64,000 nucleotides of DNA from contig JAHIRF010000005.1 of NCBI GenBank assembly GCA_018818785.1, forward strand, positions 207,093 to 271,092, written 5' to 3'. This DNA is from Thermoplasmatota archaeon (GTDB lineage: Archaea; Thermoplasmatota; Thermoplasmata; UBA10834). The position numbers and the translations under genes were made by a program. Below, in pieces: positions 18,676-28,751 of this stretch (position 1 is its first letter; the number at the start of each line of letters is the position of its first letter). The notes under the pieces were generated by a model, which did not search any database, was not told the origin of the DNA, and worked only from the letters and a program-made list of their open reading frames with translations.

Positions 18676-19653
18676 ATGCATCAATACGCGGTCGAAACAC
18701 AATCACTTACACGGGTCTTCACACCAAAGAAGCGAGAGGGCGAACCAGTCAACGCTCTCAATTCCGTCGATCTCAAGATAGAGACGGGAGAGCTGTTCGG
18801 CCTGCTTGGCCCGAACGGGGCCGGCAAGACCACACTTCTCAAGATACTATGTACCCTGCTTCTGCCGACATCCGGCAAGGCGTTCGTAGCCGGCCTGGAC
18901 GTAGAGAATCAGTACGAGGACATACGGACGAAGATCAACATGGTCAGTGGCGGCGAGATGTCCGGATACGGGCTCCTGACGGTCAGGGAGAACCTATGGA
19001 TGTTCTCGCAGTTCTACGGTATCAAGAGCAAGGTCGCCAAGGATAAGATAGACCGTCTGTTGGAGACCTTCGGGATGACTGACAAGAGCAAAGCGAAGCT
19101 GAGGACGCTGTCCACTGGTCAGCGTCAGAAGATGAATGTGATAAGGGGCTTCGTCACAGACCCGGAGATCATATTCCTGGACGAACCCACCCTTGGTCTG
19201 GATGTCAATGCCAGCCGCATCATCAGGACGTTCATCCTTGATTGGCTCAAGGATAACCCCGACAAGACCGTTGTGCTCACGACCCATTACATGGCCGAGG
19301 CCGACGAGCTCTGCGACCGGATCGCGATCATAGACCAGGGCGGGATACTCGCATGCGACACCCCTGAGAGGCTGAAGAAAACCGTCAGGATGAACACCAT
19401 GCTCAGCATGGATGTCACCCTGTTGAAGAACAGAGAGGTATTCCAGGGGCTGAACGGGGTGGGGAATGTCTCATTCGTCGACGATTCCGAACGCAATCAG
19501 ACGCATGTGAAATTCGTCGTTCAGGACGACTCCTGCGTCTCAGACATAGTCTCCGGCGTTCTCGATCAGGGTTCCAAGATAATCTCGCTTCAGAAGACCG
19601 AACCTACACTCGAGGACGTGTTCATCAAGATGGTTGGCAAGGGATTCGAATGA
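18676..19653 (+). CDS. ABC transporter ATP-binding protein (ABC-2/DrrA-like)
   Basis: Walker A GPNGAGKTT, signature LSTGQRQ, Walker B IIFLDEPT. Confidence 0.9.
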   Translation: MHQYAVETQSLTRVFTPKKREGEPVNALNSVDLKIETGELFGLLGPNGAGKTTLLKILCTLLLPTSGKAFVAGLDVENQYEDIRTKINMVSGGEMSGYGLLTVRENLWMFSQFYGIKSKVAKDKIDRLLETFGMTDKSKAKLRTLSTGQRQKMNVIRGFVTDPEIIFLDEPTLGLDVNASRIIRTFILDWLKDNPDKTVVLTTHYMAEADELCDRIAIIDQGGILACDTPERLKKTVRMNTMLSMDVTLLKNREVFQGLNGVGNVSFVDDSERNQTHVKFVVQDDSCVSDIVSGVLDQGSKIISLQKTEPTLEDVFIKMVGKGFE

Positions 19654-20471
19654 CAGATGGCTGGCTTGTCAAGAACTTGAGGGCCATCCGCGGACGCGCG
19701 TACCCGAGGGTGATCGGCGCGGGCAGGGAGCCCAGCTGGATCTTCTTCGAGATAGTGCTGCCCTTGTTCACCGTCGCCGCCTATGCATATATCTACAAAT
19801 TCATGGACGCGCGCGCCGAGCTGATAGGATATGTCGTGCTCGGTGGAGCTATGACTGCCTTCTGGCTGAACGTGCTCTGGAACATGGCGTCCCAGTTCTA
19901 CTGGGAGAAGGAGATAGGGAACCTTCAGCTGTACATGATAGCGCCGATCTCCAGGATGTCCGTGCTTGCAGGCATGGCCCTTGGCGGCATGTTCTCGACC
20001 ACCCTGCACGCCGCATCGACGTTGCTCATAGGCACGCTGCTGTTCAACATCACTTACCAGCTAGTCGATCCGATCATGTTGATACTGATATTCACCACGA
20101 CACTGGTGGCCCTTTACGGCATGGGCATGATGTTCGCATCGATGTACCTGCTTTTCGGCCGCGAAGCCCATCATCTATCGAACCTGCTCACGGACCCCGT
20201 GTACCTGGTATCGGGTTTCTACTTCCCGGTGAATTCCTTGGGCACCTGGGCAGCGGCAGGCGCTTCGTTGATCCCGGTCACCCTGGGCTTGGACGCGATG
20301 CGACAGCTGTTCTTCTCGGATGTCTCGGGAGATGGGTTCCTGCCTCTCAATATCGAGCTGCTCATACTCGCCGGACTTAGCATCCTGTTCCTGGTCCTGG
20401 CGAAGTACTCGCTCTCGTACATGGAATATCTGGGCAAAACGACTGGGAGGTTGACCTTGAGATGGCAATAA
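19650..20471 (+). CDS. ABC-2 type transporter permease
   Basis: ATGA overlap with the ATPase gene. Six hydrophobic segments. Confidence 0.8.
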   Translation: MTDGWLVKNLRAIRGRAYPRVIGAGREPSWIFFEIVLPLFTVAAYAYIYKFMDARAELIGYVVLGGAMTAFWLNVLWNMASQFYWEKEIGNLQLYMIAPISRMSVLAGMALGGMFSTTLHAASTLLIGTLLFNITYQLVDPIMLILIFTTTLVALYGMGMMFASMYLLFGREAHHLSNLLTDPVYLVSGFYFPVNSLGTWAAAGASLIPVTLGLDAMRQLFFSDVSGDGFLPLNIELLILAGLSILFLVLAKYSLSYMEYLGKTTGRLTLRWQ

Positions 20472-21340
20472 TGCACGACCTCCGGACCCTCAAGAACGCC
20501 GCGTGGCTTGGCTGGCAGATGGAGGCGAACTGGACGGACCCGTTCCTGTTCGCCACGTATTCGATAGTGAAACCCATCAGCGCGACCTTGATCCTGGTGT
20601 TCATGTACATGGTGGTGACAGGTGGGCAGACCAACTCTGCCTTCTTCTCCTACATGTACGTCGGGAACGCTCTCTACATGTACGTGGCCGAGGTGCTGTT
20701 CGGCGTGACATGGGTCATCCACGACGATAGGGAGCATTACATGACCCTGAAACAGGTGTACATCGCTCCGATAAAATTCCCCGCGTATATTCTCGGCCGC
20801 TCAGCGATCAAGATCGCGATAACCTCGGCGGGCGTGTTCGTGACCCTCTTGTTCGGAGTGATCGTACTTGGGGTCGGCATTGACATCGGAGCGGTAGACT
20901 GGCCGCTGTTCGCGGCCTCCATGCTCCTCGGTATGAGCTGCATATGCGTCCTCGGTCTGGCACTGGGCGGGGTCACGTTCCTCACGGCGAAGCACTCGAT
21001 CGGCATAAACGAGGGCGTCGCCGGCGTGTTCTATGTGCTCTCAGGAGTCATATTCCCGATCACGGCCCTCCCAGGGTGGGCACAGTCGATATCTAAGGTC
21101 CTACCGATAACATACTGGATGGATTCCATGCGCCGGGCGCTTATGCCGGAGACGATGAGTGAGATGAACTCCTTGTCTGGCTTGGACGTGACCGGCCTGG
21201 GCACGTTCGACAACCTGTTCATCATGGCGTTCCTGGCACTGTCCGCCGCCATCTTCTTCATGATATCCCTCGGCGTGTTCAGGTATGCCGACAACGTCGC
21301 CAGAAAGCAAGGTAAGATCGACTGGACCACTGCATACTAA
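20462..21340 (+). CDS. ABC-2 type transporter permease (second subunit)
   Basis: 10-nt overlap with the previous permease. Polytopic membrane protein. Confidence 0.8.
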   Translation: MAIMHDLRTLKNAAWLGWQMEANWTDPFLFATYSIVKPISATLILVFMYMVVTGGQTNSAFFSYMYVGNALYMYVAEVLFGVTWVIHDDREHYMTLKQVYIAPIKFPAYILGRSAIKIAITSAGVFVTLLFGVIVLGVGIDIGAVDWPLFAASMLLGMSCICVLGLALGGVTFLTAKHSIGINEGVAGVFYVLSGVIFPITALPGWAQSISKVLPITYWMDSMRRALMPETMSEMNSLSGLDVTGLGTFDNLFIMAFLALSAAIFFMISLGVFRYADNVARKQGKIDWTTAY

Positions 21341-21411
21341 CGCCCAGGGGCATGGTTAGTTATTTCTACCGTTCCCCGCATGGAGGTGTCCGCTCAATGA
21401 GCGAAATCATT

Positions 21412-21485
21412 GCCCGAGTGGGGTAGCTTGGATATCCTAGAAGCCTGCGGAGTTTCAGACCTGGGTTCGAATCCCAGCTCGGGCG
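21412..21485 (+). tRNA. tRNA-Arg (anticodon GCG)
   Basis: Acceptor GCCCGAG/CTCGGGC. Anticodon stem GAAGC/GTTTC with loop CTGCGGA. T-arm CTGGG-TTCGAAT-CCCAG. No encoded CCA. Confidence 0.9.
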
Positions 21486-21605
21486 CCTCCTCATTCTTGA
21501 TGAAAGAGGGCTCTGCATAGTTATCGGTTGGTGTTGTTGACGGTGCCATCGGCAAGATAGGGGTCGCATCCGATGTGCAGCTGGACGAACGGCTATCCTC
21601 TCTGT

Positions 21606-23036
21606 TCAGCTGTTCTGGATCTTCCTGAAGAACCCGTCGAGCTTCGATAACTCCTCTTCCGTCACCAGAGGCGTCTTCGGTTTGCTCAATATCCTCTTCA
21701 CCTCTTCGCTCGCTCTTCTGATGAGCGATCCGCGCTTGTCCTCGCTCATCCTGTGCTCGATGGATGCTTCTGGGCGCGTCGATGCAATGATTTCCTTTCT
21801 GAACCTCGCCATGGTATGCCTCTTGCCGATGAAATTGCCGTCCTTCGCCGCGTCCCTGATAGTATCAAACGAGATCGCATCGTCATCGGTGTCGAACTCT
21901 CTCGCGAACTCTTTCGCGACGTCCCATACCCAAGCATCGGCCACCAGCTGCTCGAACGAGGCCCCGGTCGCCATGTCGATCCCACCGAACCCCGAGGCCA
22001 GGTCGGATGGTACCATGCTCTGGATCGAGATGTGCGGCACCCCTTCCCATACATTGCTCATACCATGCGCCAGATTCTCCAGACCGACGCCTATTACCAT
22101 CGTCGGCAGTCCGTAGGATCTCCCCATCTGTCCGGCGCCGACCCTTATGAGTGGTACTTCGAGAGCGCCGTAGTCGATTGAGCCGGTCTTGAGATCTGCC
22201 GGACTCGAGTCCGTGCTGTATATGAACGGGGATCCGCTCTTCGCAGCCTGCGATATGACTAGGCTGGCCAGATTCTCCGCGTTGACCTGGGTCAATGTGC
22301 CCGAGACTGTCACTGGTGAAGATAGGCCGGTGACGGACGCGGCCATCGCGACTATCGGTATGCCGCCACGTGAGAGTTCCACTTGTCCTTCCACCAACCC
22401 CTTCTCGAAGGTGAGCGGTGATATCGGGCATTCTACGGCTGAGAAGATAGGTCTCTCGGCGAGTGCCTCCTCTCCTCCCGTGAAGATCGAGGCCATCTCG
22501 ATCATCCATCGTGCCTCCTCGGTGCCCGTGGCCATAGCCTGGATGTGTTTCGTTGTATGCATCATCGAGACCTTATGCTCGGTTATCCCCTTCAACCTCA
22601 CAGGTTGTTCAAGGGCTCCGACCATGGGCCAGAAGAAATCTACCTGTGGCAGCTCGTTGACCAGTATGGCGAAATCCCTGAGGTCGTCCGATGTAGCGGA
22701 CCTGGACTCCCCGGTCACAAGGTTCTTCACGAAAACTCCTTCGCCGCCGTTGGTGACATACATCCTATCGGGTGAGGGTATACTGATATCGTTCTTCCCA
22801 TCCCTGGACGCCAGAAGCACCGGTCGCTTAGCATCCGACACGGCCGACATCACCATCCTCTCATCCAGAAGCAGCCTCTTGCCGTCATCAGACCGCCGCG
22901 CGCCCGCCTTTTCGAGCATTTCAGATACTTGCTGGCTATGGACCTGTATGCCCACTTCGTCCAGCAATCTCAACGATACCCCGTGTATGCGCGCTATTTC
23001 CTCCTTGTCTAAGAACTCCAAACGTCCCCTCGCCAT
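21606..23036 (-). CDS. MttB-superfamily (trimethylamine methyltransferase-like) protein with no in-frame TAG
   Basis: N-terminus RLEFLDKEEIARIHGVSLRLLDEVGIQV is typical of the family. 476 aa from the ATG at 23036. The frame is uninterrupted. Confidence 0.8.
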   Translation of the reverse strand: MARGRLEFLDKEEIARIHGVSLRLLDEVGIQVHSQQVSEMLEKAGARRSDDGKRLLLDERMVMSAVSDAKRPVLLASRDGKNDISIPSPDRMYVTNGGEGVFVKNLVTGESRSATSDDLRDFAILVNELPQVDFFWPMVGALEQPVRLKGITEHKVSMMHTTKHIQAMATGTEEARWMIEMASIFTGGEEALAERPIFSAVECPISPLTFEKGLVEGQVELSRGGIPIVAMAASVTGLSSPVTVSGTLTQVNAENLASLVISQAAKSGSPFIYSTDSSPADLKTGSIDYGALEVPLIRVGAGQMGRSYGLPTMVIGVGLENLAHGMSNVWEGVPHISIQSMVPSDLASGFGGIDMATGASFEQLVADAWVWDVAKEFAREFDTDDDAISFDTIRDAAKDGNFIGKRHTMARFRKEIIASTRPEASIEHRMSEDKRGSLIRRASEEVKRILSKPKTPLVTEEELSKLDGFFRKIQNS

Positions 23037-23195
23037 CAGCAACACATCTCCTCTACGCCGAAGACCTGAAGCTCTCCATTTTGAATAATGTTTTGCTTTC
23101 TCGCGCCATTTTCGGTCATGTTTCTGACATAGACCGTCCATTCGTATCCCTGACAGTGCGCAATCGATGATACTTTGATATTGACTGGCACCATT

Positions 23196-23528
23196 ATGCC
23201 CGCGAGGAGATCCCGGTACATGGAAGCGGAATGGCGCAAGGCCATGTTCAGATTCATTCTGAACAACATCGGACAGCTCGATCAGGACGAGTTCGATTCA
23301 TGGGCCGACGATGATTTCGACCTGGCACCACTGCTGGCTCCGTTCCTGAAGACGATGTCTGTGCATAGGGATAGGATATTGGCGGAAATGCATCAGATGT
23401 TCCCTACAGAGGTGTTCGATAGGTTCAAGGCAGAGCATCCAGAGATCGCTATCGACTCGGCGGACAAGGTCATATTCAAGATTGGCAAGGAGCTCGAGGC
23501 GATAAAATCCATCGTGAGTTCGCTGTGA
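23196..23528 (+). CDS. Hypothetical protein
   Basis: Coding-like acidic helical ORF, divergent from the MttB-like gene. Start candidates are 23175 (TTG), 23196 (ATG) and 23220 (ATG). Confidence 0.45.
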   Translation: MPARRSRYMEAEWRKAMFRFILNNIGQLDQDEFDSWADDDFDLAPLLAPFLKTMSVHRDRILAEMHQMFPTEVFDRFKAEHPEIAIDSADKVIFKIGKELEAIKSIVSSL

Positions 23529-23727
23529 GGCTCTATCCATCTCTAGTGCCTTCGACCTTTCATGGACGTCTTGGTCCATTGTTGTACGGTGCGTTTGTTG
23601 ATGGCCTTTGCGGAGGACCAAGGTGGAAGTCGCATCCGAATTCCCGCCATCTACTGATGCCAGGTATCGATTTGGCGGACTTGTATGTACGTGCAAAACC
23701 GTTATTATTCGGAATGGGATTTTGTAG

Positions 23728-25662
23728 ATGACCCAGATGACGAATAATGATGTTCAGCCTGTCGATGCAGACAAGAGAAGCCCATCAAAATCTCATTTCA
23801 GCCCTCATTTGATGGCTGATTGGCAGGAAAAGTACCGCGAGAAGCTACGAACGGCCGAACAGGCGATCTCCACTATCCGTAGGGGAGACAAGGTCTTCAT
23901 TGGGTCCGGTGCCGCAGAACCTCAGGTCTTGGTGAAGGCATTGATAGACTCCGCCGGGAGATTGGCGGACACTAGGATCATGCACATCATGACACTGGGT
24001 GTCGCGCCATACACCGAGGAGAAGTTCACGGACCAGTTCAGGCACAATGCGTTCTTCATCGGTGCCAACACAAGAAAGGCGGTTTCAGAGGGACGGGCAG
24101 ATTACACTCCAGTGTTTCTATCAGAGATACCTGCACTCTTCCGTTCAGGTCAGAGTCCGATTGATGTCGCACTGATACAGGTCTCACCACCGGACAAGCA
24201 CGGCTACTGCAGCTACGGAGTTTCCACAGACGTAGTGAAATCGGCTGCAGAGTCAGCCTCGAAGGTGATAGCGGAGATCAATCCGCAGATGCCCCGTGCG
24301 CTTGGGGATTGTTTCATCAACATGGATGACATCGACCTGGTTATCCCGATAGATGCGCCACTTCTCTATTCGAAGCGGGACCGAGCGGATGATATCGCGA
24401 AGAAGATCGGCAAGAACATCGCAGACCTGATCGAGGACGGATCCACGATCCAGATGGGTATTGGGACCATCCCCGACTCGGTGCTATATTATCTCACCGA
24501 CAAGAAGGATCTGGGCATACACACTGAAATGTTCTCTGACGGGCTCATGGAGCTTGCCCAGAGGGACGTCATCAACAACTCCAGGAAGACCATACACAAA
24601 GGAAAGACGGTAGCATCGTTCTGCATGGGCAGCCGTGAGCTATACGATTTCGTGGATGACAATCCTGCTATCGAGTTCCACCCGACAGAATATACGAACG
24701 ACCCGTTCATCATATCTCAGAACGACAAGATGGTCGCGATAAACTCTGCGATCGAAGTAGACCTCACAGGCCAGGTATGCGCGGACTCGCTCGGCACGAT
24801 GTTCTACTCTGGCATCGGAGGCCAGGTCGATTTCGTCCGTGGATCGGCCAGGTCAAAGGGCGGAAAACCGATCATCGCCCTGCCATCGACCGCCAAGGAC
24901 GATACGGTCTCAAGAATATCCGTACACCTCCACGAAGGCGCGGGCGTCGTAACGACTCGTGGAGATGTCCACTATGTGGTGACCGAATATGGGACTGCAT
25001 ACCTGCACGGGAAGAACATACGCGAGAGGGCGATGTCGCTCATCAGCATAGCACATCCCAAGTTCCGTCAGGATCTGATGGAAGCTGCGAAGGAGCTGAA
25101 CTACGTCTACGGCGACCAGAAGCTCGCACCTCAAACGACGAGGTATCCCGAGGAATTCGAGACGATCATGCGCGAGAAGCAAGGTAGCGATCTCCTCGTG
25201 AGACCGATCAAGTCGACTGACGAGGAGATGCTCAGTGACATGTTCTACGACCTGAGCGATCAGACCATCATCAACCGTTTCTTCAGCATGCTCAAGTCGA
25301 TGCCGCACAGGAGACTCCAGGAGTTCTGTGTGATAGACTACGAATCCGAGATGTCCCTGGTCGTGCTGGATGGCAAGGGACCGAAACAGAAGATGATCAG
25401 CGTGGGAAGCTATCACCTGAACCCTTCAACCAAGCGCGCTGAGATAGCGTTCCTCGTCGCCGATGAATGGCAGGGAAGGGGTATCGGGACATACTTGATG
25501 CACGAGCTGGTCAAGATAGCGAGACAGAAGAAGATGAAGGGATTCACCGCGGAGGTCCTGAGGGACAATGTGGCGATGATCGCACTGATGCACAAGGCCG
25601 GCGTTCCGCCGAAGTCCGCGATCGTGAACGGGGGCTACTTGTTCACGATGGATTTCGAATAA
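23728..25662 (+). CDS. Acetyl-CoA hydrolase/transferase-family domain (4-hydroxybutyrate CoA-transferase-like) fused to a C-terminal GNAT acetyltransferase domain
   Basis: N-terminal ~450 aa carry the family pattern (GDKVFIGSGAAEPQ, IQMGIGTIPD, GIGGQVDF). The C-terminal ~170 aa carry the GNAT acetyl-CoA motif (WQGRGIGTYLMHELVKIA). Confidence 0.8.
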   Translation: MTQMTNNDVQPVDADKRSPSKSHFSPHLMADWQEKYREKLRTAEQAISTIRRGDKVFIGSGAAEPQVLVKALIDSAGRLADTRIMHIMTLGVAPYTEEKFTDQFRHNAFFIGANTRKAVSEGRADYTPVFLSEIPALFRSGQSPIDVALIQVSPPDKHGYCSYGVSTDVVKSAAESASKVIAEINPQMPRALGDCFINMDDIDLVIPIDAPLLYSKRDRADDIAKKIGKNIADLIEDGSTIQMGIGTIPDSVLYYLTDKKDLGIHTEMFSDGLMELAQRDVINNSRKTIHKGKTVASFCMGSRELYDFVDDNPAIEFHPTEYTNDPFIISQNDKMVAINSAIEVDLTGQVCADSLGTMFYSGIGGQVDFVRGSARSKGGKPIIALPSTAKDDTVSRISVHLHEGAGVVTTRGDVHYVVTEYGTAYLHGKNIRERAMSLISIAHPKFRQDLMEAAKELNYVYGDQKLAPQTTRYPEEFETIMREKQGSDLLVRPIKSTDEEMLSDMFYDLSDQTIINRFFSMLKSMPHRRLQEFCVIDYESEMSLVVLDGKGPKQKMISVGSYHLNPSTKRAEIAFLVADEWQGRGIGTYLMHELVKIARQKKMKGFTAEVLRDNVAMIALMHKAGVPPKSAIVNGGYLFTMDFE

Positions 25663-25703
25663 GTCTTATACGCTTCGTACGCAGATTACCGCCGAGGTTG
25701 CCG

Positions 25704-26546
25704 ATGCTGTTGGGCGCGCATGTATCCATCTCTGGGGGCGTTCAGAACGCTCCTCAACGCGCACGTGATGTCACATGCGATTGTATGCAGATATTCTCTA
25801 AGAACCAGATGCAATGGAGGTCGAAACCGCTCGAGGCGACCGAGATCTCCCAGTTCAAAGAGAACCTGGGGAAGTTCGATATCCGCGAGACGGTCATACA
25901 CGATTCATACCTGATCAACCTCGCGAGCCCGGACAAGACGCTGTTGACGAAATCGAGAGAGGCCTTCTTGGATGAAGCGGTCAGAGCGGATCAGTTGGGT
26001 GTCAGATACCTGATATTCCACCCGGGCGCTCATGTTGGTTCTGGCGAGCAGGCCGGGCTGAGGACCGTTGCGGAATCGTTGAACTGGGTGCGGAAGGAGT
26101 TGGGCTCGAGCTCAGTGGAGTTCATAATCGAGATAACAGCCGGCCAGGGCAGCGTGCTCGGCCATTCCTTCGAGCAGCTTTCCAGGATAATTGATGTGTT
26201 GGATGATCAGAAGCGCGCGGGCATCTGTTTCGATACCTGTCATGCATACGCTGCTGGGTACGATGTGAAGACCCGATCGGGATACGAGAAGACATTCGCC
26301 CACTTGGACGAAGTCCTAGGAGTAGAGATGGTCAAGGCAATGCACCTCAACGATTCCAAAGGGAAGCTAGGTTCCCATCTCGACAGGCATGATTCGATAG
26401 GGAGTGGCTTCCTCGGCATCGAGTGTTTCAAGCATCTCATGAACGACGATCGATGGGAGTCCGTTCCGATGGTTCTCGAGACGCCTCAGGCCGAAAAGAA
26501 TTATGCCAATGAGCTCAAGACTCTCCGTTCGCTCGTCGAGAAGTGA
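25704..26546 (+). CDS. nfo: Endonuclease IV
   Basis: MLLGAHVSISGG N-terminus, plus the FHPG, HLNDSK and LETP motifs of the AP endonuclease 2 TIM barrel. The ORF-track extension to 25467 overlaps the preceding gene. Confidence 0.9.
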   Translation: MLLGAHVSISGGVQNAPQRARDVTCDCMQIFSKNQMQWRSKPLEATEISQFKENLGKFDIRETVIHDSYLINLASPDKTLLTKSREAFLDEAVRADQLGVRYLIFHPGAHVGSGEQAGLRTVAESLNWVRKELGSSSVEFIIEITAGQGSVLGHSFEQLSRIIDVLDDQKRAGICFDTCHAYAAGYDVKTRSGYEKTFAHLDEVLGVEMVKAMHLNDSKGKLGSHLDRHDSIGSGFLGIECFKHLMNDDRWESVPMVLETPQAEKNYANELKTLRSLVEK

Positions 26547-28461
26547 GTTCCTGGATGTCGATCCCCGAACTCTCTAATATATCTAGATCGCCCGGGGGCA
26601 GGATGCTCTGTATCTCCTCTATCGGCACTCCGAACCTGTCGGCCAACACCTTGGCGAACCGGTTCTTCTCTATCCGACCGGGACGAAGGATCACCAGTCT
26701 CGTGCACTTCGCTCTGACCGCCGATATCGGTCCGCACATTATCTTGCGCTCATTTTCGTAGACGATCTCGCCGATCGCGAGTCTTATATCGATCTTGTTC
26801 GTGTAATTCCTCTTGCCTCGTATCACGAAAGCTCCCTTGGCGAGATATTCTCCGCTCTGCGGGGTCTTGCTGACCTGTTCTGGAAGCACCCAGTAGCCGG
26901 CAGCCGACCCTATCTTCGCGTTCCATGCTTTTGATGTTGCGACCGCGAACTCGCACGCCTCTCTCAGGGTCTCCTCGCCCACTCCATCTTTCATCTTCAC
27001 GACTATGCTCGGCGCACCGTGCATATCCGCATGGGCGTACCTGTCGCCATCGTCGAGATGTTTCTTGACGAGCATATCATTGCTCTTGGCATCCTTTCCA
27101 CCGAGGACTACCGCGTCCTCGCTGGATATGAACCACCTGTATCTCTCGAACCAGAATCTCTTGGTCGGCTTGTGCTTGGTCTTCTCTGCATCGGAGGCCT
27201 TCATCATCATCTTCTTCTGCTGCTCTATCTCCTTTCTCGTCTCCACAAGGACGACGAGGAGGCCTTCCAGCTTCCTCTTGGCCTTCTTCGCATCTTCATA
27301 ATATCGTTGAGCGCTGGATTCGACAGATCCCTTTATGTCCAGCCTAAAAGTCGCATCAGCGATCTTCACGTCGAGGATCGAGGACTTCCTGTCGAACGAG
27401 ACCACACCCGGTATGTCGCCCACGTCTCCTGATGCGTCGACGTTCCGTTTCGCAGCCGCGATGATCGCGCTGACTTCGCCATATATTGCATACAACGCAT
27501 CTCCCATGGCTTGCGCATCCTTGCTCTCATTCTGGAGGCTCGTCACAGCAGCCTCCTGTTGAGCGATCTTCCTCTTGAGCTTGCCTGAATCCTTCGATTC
27601 CTCAGCGACCTTCTCCTTCTTGGTCGCGGGTTTCATCGATATGTATTCTTCAATGGCTTCCGAGAACGATGGGAATTCGCTCGTCTCTCCACCGTCGTAT
27701 GTCCTCATGCTGATGGGGACTACATCTTCTACCACGCCGCCTTTCTTGACGATTATCCCCTTCTCAGACTCCTTCGCTTCTTTCATCAGAGTCTTTATCA
27801 TATCGAGGATAGCGGAGGACTCATCCGCCGAGACATCCGCGGCCTCTCTATGAGGATCGATACCGAGGCGAGCGCACGCCTCCTCGCTGTATCTCCCACC
27901 CAGGTTCATCCTGGTCGCAAGGGTCCTCACGATGTCCGCATCGGACGCCTTCATCATCTCCATGATCGCGCCTTGATCCATCTCGGACGGGTCAGGTATG
28001 GGTGGCGGGAATGCGAACTCTCTCCTCGCCCTGACTACCCTGTGCTTCCATGTGCGGCTGATGAGCGGCTGGATTATGATCCCGTCCTTCACGAGGACGA
28101 CGTTGCCCTCAGCGAAGAGTTCCAGGACGAGTTCGTACTTGCCATCCTTCTCCAGCGTGAGCACGATTATCCTCTCGAAGCCCTGCTGCCTCACACCCGT
28201 CAGTCTGGCGTTCGACACTCTCTTCCTGAGCATCATGGCGAAGTCCGTGGGCTGCTGCGGCATCTCCTTCGTTTTGGTGGACCTAAAAAGCCATTTCCCG
28301 ACGAAGAAATTTATGAACTCCTTCCCCTCGCCACGGCTCTTCAGGGCGAGGATCAGATGTTCCCTTGTGGGCTGATAGACCTTATCAAGGTTCCAATCGA
28401 CGTACCGCTGGAACTCCTTCACGACAGCTGTCACGTCGAAACTGCTCAGGGCTTCTTTCAT
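26515..28461 (-). CDS. NFACT-family protein (archaeal Rqc2/FbpA homologue)
   Basis: NFACT-N-type N-terminus, a long central coiled coil, and a DUF814-like region (FWFERYRWFISSEDAVVLGGKDAKSNDMLVKKH..DRYAHADMHGAPS). Overlaps the nfo 3' end by 32 nt. Confidence 0.85.
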   Translation of the reverse strand: MKEALSSFDVTAVVKEFQRYVDWNLDKVYQPTREHLILALKSRGEGKEFINFFVGKWLFRSTKTKEMPQQPTDFAMMLRKRVSNARLTGVRQQGFERIIVLTLEKDGKYELVLELFAEGNVVLVKDGIIIQPLISRTWKHRVVRARREFAFPPPIPDPSEMDQGAIMEMMKASDADIVRTLATRMNLGGRYSEEACARLGIDPHREAADVSADESSAILDMIKTLMKEAKESEKGIIVKKGGVVEDVVPISMRTYDGGETSEFPSFSEAIEEYISMKPATKKEKVAEESKDSGKLKRKIAQQEAAVTSLQNESKDAQAMGDALYAIYGEVSAIIAAAKRNVDASGDVGDIPGVVSFDRKSSILDVKIADATFRLDIKGSVESSAQRYYEDAKKAKRKLEGLLVVLVETRKEIEQQKKMMMKASDAEKTKHKPTKRFWFERYRWFISSEDAVVLGGKDAKSNDMLVKKHLDDGDRYAHADMHGAPSIVVKMKDGVGEETLREACEFAVATSKAWNAKIGSAAGYWVLPEQVSKTPQSGEYLAKGAFVIRGKRNYTNKIDIRLAIGEIVYENERKIMCGPISAVRAKCTRLVILRPGRIEKNRFAKVLADRFGVPIEEIQSILPPGDLDILESSGIDIQELTSRRANGES

Positions 28462-28546
28462 CTGGATGATGAATCCTTGGTCTCGCTAATAAATGATGCG
28501 CATGCGCCCAGTATCTCCAGAAGGCCCTTCCCGATCCTCAATAACC

Positions 28547-28556
28547 TTTTAATATA
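28547..28556 (+). promoter_or_regulatory. TATA-like box for tRNA-Thr
   Basis: TTTTAATATA lies 34-43 nt upstream of the tRNA 5' end. Confidence 0.3.
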
Positions 28557-28589
28557 CCTGGCAGGATGACTTGCGGCCGGACACAGGAT

Positions 28590-28661
28590 GCCACTGTGGC
28601 TTAGAGGTATAGCGACGCCTTGGTAAGGCGTAGGTCGAGGGTTCAATTCCCTCCAGTGGCT
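28590..28661 (+). tRNA. tRNA-Thr (anticodon GGT)
   Basis: Acceptor GCCACTG/CAGTGGC. Anticodon stem ACGCC/GGCGT with loop TTGGTAA. T-arm GAGGG-TTCAATT-CCCTC. CCA is encoded at 28662-28664. Confidence 0.92.
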
Positions 28662-28751
28662 CCATCCCTTCTCTATCGTCATCTAGACGCGATGTCATGG
28701 AAAAATATGAAAATCGAAAGGGTTTTCAGGTTTTCATCGACCGCTATCAGC

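Noticed and set aside
21366-21569. ORF-track frames overlapping tRNA genes (21366-21569, 28458-28682, 28620-29285, 51716-51913).
   Set aside because: They are explained by the tRNA genes or by the S8 protease gene on the opposite strand. They have no coding signature of their own.
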